Shown piece by piece: positions 26,136 through 32,000 of a DNA stretch of 32,000 bases. The DNA lies in contig NC_000962.3 in the NCBI RefSeq assembly GCF_000195955.2, forward strand, positions 1,020,001 through 1,052,000, written 5' to 3'. The position numbers were made by a program, and so were the translations under genes. The notes below the pieces were generated by a model, which was not told where the DNA came from, did not search any database, and saw nothing but the letters and a program-made list of their open reading frames with translations. The first letter of the stretch is position 1, and each line of letters begins with the position of its first letter. This DNA comes from Mycobacterium tuberculosis H37Rv. GTDB taxonomy: Bacteria > Actinomycetota > Actinomycetes > Mycobacteriales > Mycobacteriaceae.

Positions 26136-28415
26136 ATGGGTTCGGCGTCGGAGCAACGGGTGACGCTGACCAACGCCGACAAGGTGCTCTATCCCGCCAC
26201 CGGGACCACAAAGTCCGATATCTTCGACTACTACGCCGGTGTTGCCGAAGTCATGCTCGGCCACATCGCGGGACGGCCGGCGACGCGCAAGCGCTGGCCT
26301 AACGGCGTCGACCAACCCGCGTTCTTCGAAAAGCAGTTGGCGTTGTCGGCGCCGCCTTGGCTGTCACGTGCAACGGTGGCGCACCGGTCCGGGACGACGA
26401 CCTATCCGATCATCGATAGCGCAACCGGGCTGGCCTGGATCGCCCAACAGGCGGCGCTGGAGGTGCACGTGCCGCAGTGGCGGTTTGTCGCCGAGCCCGG
26501 ATCAGGTGAGTTAAATCCGGGCCCGGCAACGCGTTTGGTGTTCGACCTGGACCCGGGCGAAGGCGTGATGATGGCCCAGCTGGCCGAGGTGGCGCGCGCG
26601 GTTCGTGATCTTCTCGCCGATATCGGGTTGGTCACCTTCCCGGTCACCAGCGGCAGCAAGGGATTGCATCTGTACACACCGCTGGATGAGCCGGTGAGCA
26701 GCAGGGGAGCCACGGTGTTGGCCAAGCGCGTCGCGCAGCGATTGGAGCAGGCGATGCCCGCGTTGGTCACCTCGACCATGACCAAAAGCCTGCGGGCCGG
26801 GAAGGTGTTTGTGGACTGGAGCCAGAACAGCGGCTCGAAGACCACCATCGCGCCGTACTCACTACGTGGCCGGACGCATCCGACCGTCGCGGCGCCACGC
26901 ACCTGGGCGGAGCTCGACGACCCCGCACTGCGTCAGCTCTCCTACGACGAGGTGCTGACCCGGATTGCCCGCGACGGCGATCTGCTCGAGCGGCTGGATG
27001 CCGACGCTCCGGTAGCGGACCGGTTGACCCGATACCGCCGCATGCGCGACGCATCGAAAACTCCCGAGCCGATTCCCACGGCGAAACCCGTTACCGGAGA
27101 CGGCAATACGTTCGTCATCCAGGAGCATCACGCGCGTCGGCCGCACTACGATTTCCGGCTGGAATGCGACGGCGTGCTGGTCTCGTGGGCGGTACCGAAA
27201 AACCTGCCCGACAACACATCGGTTAACCATCTAGCGATACACACCGAGGACCACCCGCTGGAATACGCCACGTTCGAGGGCGCGATTCCCAGCGGGGAGT
27301 ACGGCGCCGGCAAGGTGATCATCTGGGACTCCGGCACTTACGACACCGAGAAGTTCCACGATGACCCGCACACGGGGGAGGTCATCGTGAATCTGCACGG
27401 CGGCCGGATCTCTGGGCGTTATGCGCTGATTCGGACCAACGGCGATCGGTGGCTGGCGCACCGCCTAAAGAATCAGAAAGACCAGAAGGTGTTCGAGTTC
27501 GACAATCTGGCCCCAATGCTTGCCACGCACGGCACGGTGGCCGGTCTAAAGGCCAGCCAGTGGGCGTTCGAAGGCAAGTGGGACGGCTACCGGTTGCTGG
27601 TTGAGGCTGACCACGGCGCCGTGCGGCTGCGGTCCCGCAGCGGGCGCGATGTCACCGCCGAGTATCCGCAATTGCGGGCATTGGCGGAGGATCTCGCCGA
27701 TCACCACGTGGTGCTGGACGGCGAGGCCGTCGTACTTGACTCCTCTGGTGTGCCCAGCTTCAGCCAGATGCAGAATCGGGGCCGCGACACCCGTGTCGAG
27801 TTCTGGGCGTTCGACCTGCTCTACCTCGACGGCCGCGCGCTGCTAGGCACCCGCTACCAAGACCGGCGTAAGCTGCTCGAAACCCTAGCTAACGCAACCA
27901 GTCTCACCGTTCCCGAGCTGCTGCCCGGTGACGGCGCCCAAGCGTTTGCGTGCTCGCGCAAGCACGGCTGGGAGGGCGTGATCGCCAAGAGGCGTGACTC
28001 GCGCTATCAGCCGGGCCGGCGCTGCGCGTCGTGGGTCAAGGACAAGCACTGGAACACCCAGGAAGTCGTCATTGGTGGCTGGCGCGCCGGGGAAGGCGGG
28101 CGCAGCAGTGGCGTCGGGTCGCTGCTCATGGGCATCCCCGGTCCAGGTGGGCTGCAGTTCGCCGGGCGGGTCGGTACCGGCCTCAGCGAACGCGAACTGG
28201 CCAACCTCAAGGAGATGCTGGCGCCGCTGCATACCGACGAGTCCCCCTTCGACGTACCACTGCCCGCGCGTGACGCCAAGGGCATCACATATGTCAAGCC
28301 GGCGCTGGTTGCAGAGGTGCGCTACAGCGAGTGGACTCCGGAGGGCCGGCTGCGTCAATCAAGCTGGCGTGGGCTGCGGCCGGACAAGAAACCCAGTGAG
28401 GTGGTGCGCGAATGA
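26136..28415 (+). CDS. ligD: Multifunctional ATP-dependent DNA ligase LigD (AEP polymerase/primase, 3'-phosphoesterase and ligase domains)
   Basis: Polymerase domain motifs are DLDP and SGSKGLHLY. The phosphoesterase motif is QEHHARRPHYDFRLE. The ligase motif I is KWDGYR. It is divergent from mku across 115 bp. Confidence 0.95.
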   Translation: MGSASEQRVTLTNADKVLYPATGTTKSDIFDYYAGVAEVMLGHIAGRPATRKRWPNGVDQPAFFEKQLALSAPPWLSRATVAHRSGTTTYPIIDSATGLAWIAQQAALEVHVPQWRFVAEPGSGELNPGPATRLVFDLDPGEGVMMAQLAEVARAVRDLLADIGLVTFPVTSGSKGLHLYTPLDEPVSSRGATVLAKRVAQRLEQAMPALVTSTMTKSLRAGKVFVDWSQNSGSKTTIAPYSLRGRTHPTVAAPRTWAELDDPALRQLSYDEVLTRIARDGDLLERLDADAPVADRLTRYRRMRDASKTPEPIPTAKPVTGDGNTFVIQEHHARRPHYDFRLECDGVLVSWAVPKNLPDNTSVNHLAIHTEDHPLEYATFEGAIPSGEYGAGKVIIWDSGTYDTEKFHDDPHTGEVIVNLHGGRISGRYALIRTNGDRWLAHRLKNQKDQKVFEFDNLAPMLATHGTVAGLKASQWAFEGKWDGYRLLVEADHGAVRLRSRSGRDVTAEYPQLRALAEDLADHHVVLDGEAVVLDSSGVPSFSQMQNRGRDTRVEFWAFDLLYLDGRALLGTRYQDRRKLLETLANATSLTVPELLPGDGAQAFACSRKHGWEGVIAKRRDSRYQPGRRCASWVKDKHWNTQEVVIGGWRAGEGGRSSGVGSLLMGIPGPGGLQFAGRVGTGLSERELANLKEMLAPLHTDESPFDVPLPARDAKGITYVKPALVAEVRYSEWTPEGRLRQSSWRGLRPDKKPSEVVRE

Positions 28416-30346
28416 AGTGGGTGACGTATCGAAGTGACCACGGCGAACGAACGGGAGTGCTTTCCGGTGACGCCATCTACGCGATGCCGCCGGACGTGTC
28501 GTTGCTGGATCTGGTCGGGCGCGGCGCCGACGGTCTGCGCACGGCGGGCGAACGGGCAGTGCGCTCACCGGCCGCGGTGGTAGCGCTCGACGAGGTTACG
28601 CTGGCGGCGCCGATTCCGCGCCCGCCGTCGATCCGGGACTCGTTGTGCTTTCTGGACCACATGCGTAACTGCCAGGAAGCGATGGGGGGCGGCCGGGTGC
28701 TCATGGATACTTGGTACCGCATCCCGGCGTTCTACTTCGCGTGCCCGTCAACGGTTTTGGGACCGTACGACGACGCACCCACCGCACCCGGAAGTGCGTG
28801 GCAGGACTTCGAATTGGAGATCGCGGCGGTTATCGGAACCAGCGGCAAAGACTTGACCGTCGAGCAGGCCGAACGGTCGATCATCGGCTATACCATTTTC
28901 AACGACTGGTCCGCACGGGACCTGCAGATGCTGGAGGGCCAGCTGCGCATCGGACAGGCCAAGGGCAAAGACAGCGGTATCACCCTGGGCCCCTATCTGG
29001 TCACACCGGATGAGCTGGAGCCCTATTGCCGGGGCGGGAAGCTAAGCTTGCGGGTGATCGCCTTGGTCAACGGCACCGTGATCGGATCGGGGTCGACCGC
29101 ACAGATGGACTGGAGCTTCGGCGAAGTCATCGCCTATGCCTCGCGGGGGGTGACGCTGACCCCGGGTGACGTGTTCGGCTCGGGCACGGTGCCCACCTGC
29201 ACGCTCGTCGAGCACCTCAGGCCACCGGAATCATTCCCGGGCTGGCTGCACGACGGCGACGTGGTCACCCTCCAGGTCGAAGGGCTGGGCGAGACGAGGC
29301 AGACCGTCCGGACGAGCGGCACTCCTTTTCCGTTGGCTCTTCGGCCGAATCCGGACGCCGAACCCGACCGGCGCGGGGTCAACCCGGCACCGACGCGGGT
29401 GCCGTTTACCCGCGGGCTGCACGAAGTCGCCGACCGGGTATGGGCGTGGACGCTGCCCGACGGGGGATACGGCTTCAGCAACGCCGGGCTGGTCGCCGGG
29501 GACGGCGCGTCGCTGCTCGTGGATACCCTGTTCGACCTGGCACTGACACGCGAGATGTTGGCCGCGATGAAGCCGGTCACCGAGCGGGCGCCCATCACCG
29601 ACGCCCTGATCACGCACTCCAACGGCGACCACACGCACGGCACTCAACTGTTGGACCGCTCAGTGCGCATCATCGCCGCCAAGGGCACCTCCGAGGAGAT
29701 CGAGCATGGCCCGGCACCGGAGATGCTAGCCCGGATCCAAACCGCCGACCTGGGCCCCGTTGCGACGCGGTATCTGCGTGATCGCTTCGGTCACTTTGAC
29801 TTCAGCGGCATCAAGCTGCGCAACGCCGACCTGACGTTCGACCGCGACCTGGCCATCGAGCTCGGCGGCCGGCGAGTCGACCTGCTCAACCTCGGTCCCG
29901 CGCACACCACCGCCGACTCGGTCGTGCACGTGGCCGACGCCGGTGTGCTGTTCGCCGGGGATCTGCTGTTCATCGGTTGCACCCCGATTGTGTGGGCGGG
30001 CCCGATCGCCAACTGGGTGGCGGCCTGCGACGCGATGATCGCGCTGGACGCGCCCACGGTGGTGCCTGGGCATGGTCCGGTCACCGGCCCGGACGGGATC
30101 CGTGCCGTCCGTGGCTATCTGGCGCACATCGCCGAACAGGCCGAGGCGGCCTACCGCAAGGGGCTATCGTTGCCCGAGGCCGTCGAGACCATCGACCTGG
30201 GCGAGTACGCGAGCTGGCTGGACTCCGAACGGGTAGTGGTCAACGTCTACCAGCGTTACCGCGAATTGGATCCCGACACCCCGCGCCAGGACTTGCTGGC
30301 GTTGCTGGTGATGCAGGCCGAATGGGCGGCGCGCCACTGTACGTAG
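28412..30346 (+). CDS. Two-domain enzyme: N-terminal fumarylacetoacetate hydrolase (FAH) family plus C-terminal metallo-beta-lactamase fold (Rv0939-like)
   Basis: The FAH-like region includes FNDWSARDLQ...GKDSG...GTVPT. The MBL-like region includes THSNGDHTHG...PGHGP. Its ATG overlaps the ligD stop (ATGA). Confidence 0.8.
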   Translation: MKWVTYRSDHGERTGVLSGDAIYAMPPDVSLLDLVGRGADGLRTAGERAVRSPAAVVALDEVTLAAPIPRPPSIRDSLCFLDHMRNCQEAMGGGRVLMDTWYRIPAFYFACPSTVLGPYDDAPTAPGSAWQDFELEIAAVIGTSGKDLTVEQAERSIIGYTIFNDWSARDLQMLEGQLRIGQAKGKDSGITLGPYLVTPDELEPYCRGGKLSLRVIALVNGTVIGSGSTAQMDWSFGEVIAYASRGVTLTPGDVFGSGTVPTCTLVEHLRPPESFPGWLHDGDVVTLQVEGLGETRQTVRTSGTPFPLALRPNPDAEPDRRGVNPAPTRVPFTRGLHEVADRVWAWTLPDGGYGFSNAGLVAGDGASLLVDTLFDLALTREMLAAMKPVTERAPITDALITHSNGDHTHGTQLLDRSVRIIAAKGTSEEIEHGPAPEMLARIQTADLGPVATRYLRDRFGHFDFSGIKLRNADLTFDRDLAIELGGRRVDLLNLGPAHTTADSVVHVADAGVLFAGDLLFIGCTPIVWAGPIANWVAACDAMIALDAPTVVPGHGPVTGPDGIRAVRGYLAHIAEQAEAAYRKGLSLPEAVETIDLGEYASWLDSERVVVNVYQRYRELDPDTPRQDLLALLVMQAEWAARHCT

Positions 30347-30592
30347 CCACTCGGGCGCGTTTGTCACGGGAATCTGCGGACCGGCGGGCGCATGGTTTGC
30401 CTGTCCACGAGCGACAAAGCCAGCGCGCCAAGGATTCCCGATGGCAGCCATCACTTTGTCGCGCTGAGGCGGGCACGAAGAACATCCCGTCCAGACAGCG
30501 GCCAATGTGGCGGGTGTGAAAGGCGCCGCCGAGCATGGCACCGGGTCCAACGGCTCTCACGAAGCTGATCGGGGATCGATCCGTTGTGATGC

Positions 30593-31459
30593 TTAAACTT
30601 TCGCGATGACGTTCTCGGCGAACATCTCCAGATTGCGGATCTTGGTCTGCAGCGGCTCGGTGTCGGGGCCCATGGTGTACGGGACACGGAAACCGACGAT
30701 GACGTCCGTCACCCCTTTGTCCTCGAGCCGCTTGACGCCGTCCACGGTGAAACCGTCCAGGGAGATCACGTGGATTTCGAACGGGCTGGTTTTCCCCGCT
30801 TCCTCGCGAAGCCGCTTGACCCTGGCGATCAGCCGGTCGAGTTCGTCCGGATCGCCGCCGCCATGCATCCATCCATCGGCGCGCGCCGCCCGTCGCAGTG
30901 CTGCATCGGCGTGGCCACCGACCAGGATCGGGATCGGCTGGGTGGGCGCCGGGGTCATCTTGGTCTTGGGTATGTCGTAGAACTCGCCGTGGAACTCGAA
31001 GTAATCGCCGGTGGTAAGGCCACGCACGATCTCGATGCATTCGTCAATCCGCTTGCCGCGCTTAGCGAACGGGACGCCCATCAGCTCGTAATCCTCCGGC
31101 CACGGGCTAGTGCCGACACCCAGCCCGACCCGGTTGCCGATCAGGGCGGCTAGGGAACCGGCCTGCTTTGCCACCAGAGCCGGCGGGCGGATGGGCAGCT
31201 TGAGGACGAAGAAGTTGAACCGCAGCCTCGTCGTGACTGCGCCCAATGCTGCTGTCAGGACAAAGGTTTCGATGAAAGGCTTGCCGTCCATGAATTCGCG
31301 GTTGCCGTCGGGTGTGTACGGGTACTTCGAGTCGGATTCGAAGGGGTAGGCGATGCTGTCGGGAATCGTCATGCTGCTGTATCCCGCCGCTTCGGCTGCC
31401 TTGGCCAGCGGGATGTAGAACGTGAAGTCGGTCATTGCCTCCGCGTAGCTGAACCGCAC
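30593..31459 (-). CDS. Luciferase-like monooxygenase family, probable F420-dependent oxidoreductase (Rv0940c-like)
   Basis: 288 aa with LLM-class features (GRVGLGVGTSPWPEDYELMGVPFAKRGKRIDECIEIVRGL). The GTG start is preceded by GAGGAAGG. Confidence 0.8.
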   Translation of the reverse strand: MRFSYAEAMTDFTFYIPLAKAAEAAGYSSMTIPDSIAYPFESDSKYPYTPDGNREFMDGKPFIETFVLTAALGAVTTRLRFNFFVLKLPIRPPALVAKQAGSLAALIGNRVGLGVGTSPWPEDYELMGVPFAKRGKRIDECIEIVRGLTTGDYFEFHGEFYDIPKTKMTPAPTQPIPILVGGHADAALRRAARADGWMHGGGDPDELDRLIARVKRLREEAGKTSPFEIHVISLDGFTVDGVKRLEDKGVTDVIVGFRVPYTMGPDTEPLQTKIRNLEMFAENVIAKV

Positions 31460-31495
31460 GTGATTGCCTTCCTCGAAGTGGCCGTCCCCAACGAG

Positions 31496-31513
31496 ATTAG
31501 AACGTGTTCTAAT
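31496..31513. promoter_or_regulatory. Perfect 8-2-8 palindrome, candidate operator overlapping the Rv0940c-like promoter
   Basis: ATTAGAAC-GT-GTTCTAAT lies 37..54 bp upstream of the GTG start. It overlaps a minus-strand TAATCT (TANNNT) -10 candidate at 31494..31499. Confidence 0.4.
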
Positions 31514-31543
31514 TTGACGTGCAAGCGGGGCGCAACGGCTTGG

Positions 31544-32000
31544 TCAGAGTTGGTTCTCCGGCCCAATAATTGCCCAGACCGTCTTGCCCGACGAAGTGGG
31601 ACTGCTGCCCCAGGCGCGGGACAACGCGGCAACGATCGCCAGGCCGGAAACGTCGATGCCCTTCGGTGGGGACGCCAGCCGAACCGCCGGAGCGCTGCTG
31701 CCGTCGGAAACCGCGATGGTTGCCGTTGGGCCATCGCTTTCGATCCGCATCACCGGGTCGCTTCCGGTGTGTTTCAGCACGTTCTCCACGAATACGTTGA
31801 CGACGACCAACGCGACTGGAATAAGCCCGGGACGTGACCATTGGGTGAGCCATTCGCGGACCAACTGGCGTGACTCGCGAAGGCTGTTCAGGTTGGCGGG
31901 CAGTTGTGCGTCCGAACGCTTGAAATTGCGGCGCGCGAGCCGACCGATGGCCTTGCTCGCCGCTTTTTCGGTCGGGTACACCGGCATGAAGCGGGCGACC
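31544..32000 (-). CDS. Partial (5' end outside the window) RsbW-like / HATPase-type anti-sigma-factor-like protein (Rv0941c-like)
   Basis: The frame stays open to the window edge. The segment VALVVVNVFVENVLKHTGSDPVMRIESDGPTATIAVSDGS resembles the N-box/G1 region of RsbW/SpoIIAB-type kinases. This is an assignment by pattern only. Confidence 0.55.
   Translation of the reverse strand, partial: VARFMPVYPTEKAASKAIGRLARRNFKRSDAQLPANLNSLRESRQLVREWLTQWSRPGLIPVALVVVNVFVENVLKHTGSDPVMRIESDGPTATIAVSDGSSAPAVRLASPPKGIDVSGLAIVAALSRAWGSSPTSSGKTVWAIIGPENQL

Noticed and set aside
30411-30462. 9-bp inverted repeat GCGACAAAG / CTTTGTCGC between the convergent Rv0939 and Rv0940c genes
   Set aside because: The 34-nt spacer and the lack of a U-tract make it a weak terminator candidate. 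A 9-bp match at that distance is within chance expectation.
30240-31040. 266-codon minus-strand ORF bridging the Rv0939/Rv0940c intergenic region
   Set aside because: It is in an alternative frame to the LLM oxidoreductase, has a basic low-complexity product, and crosses a convergent intergenic region.
31500-31509. GAAC..GTTC core resembling the mycobacterial LexA SOS box
   Set aside because: The SOS (Cheo) box is GAAC-N4-GTTC. Here the spacer is only 2 nt, so it does not fit LexA. It is kept only as a generic operator candidate.
1-32000. Search for CRISPR arrays, rRNA genes, or long direct repeats beyond the IS ends and the NHL repeats
   Set aside because: I saw no regularly spaced repeat-spacer pattern and no rRNA-like sequence on either strand.

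Overview
High-GC actinobacterial DNA that I recognise, from protein sequences and motifs only (no searches were run), as Mycobacterium tuberculosis complex. It is collinear with the H37Rv region of about Rv0915c to Rv0941c. In order it contains: a PE7/PPE14 pair; the BCCT transporter betP; a small accessory islet (TacA/TacT GNAT toxin-antitoxin pair, tRNA-Arg(CCT), an intact IS256-family element and an intact IS607-family tnpA+tnpB element); a five-gene minus-strand cluster ending in the NRAMP transporter mntH and a GGCT/PghP-like fusion; the triplicated phosphate-uptake (pst) supercluster with the Ser/Thr kinase pknD embedded in it; the NHEJ pair mku/ligD with a translationally coupled FAH-MBL fusion gene; an F420/LLM-type oxidoreductase; and a partial RsbW-like gene. 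Most of this is known biology. I see no CRISPR array, rRNA or prophage. The least-explored items are: (1) the IS607-family TnpB, which has an intact RuvC triad and a hairpin-dense 3' tail, making it a candidate omega-RNA-guided nuclease; (2) the GGCT/PghP-like fusion abutting mntH inside an oxidoreductase cluster, possibly gamma-glutamyl-amine processing; (3) the ligD-coupled FAH-MBL gene; and (4) several small sequence structures in leader or promoter regions. All functional calls are by recognition and are unverified.
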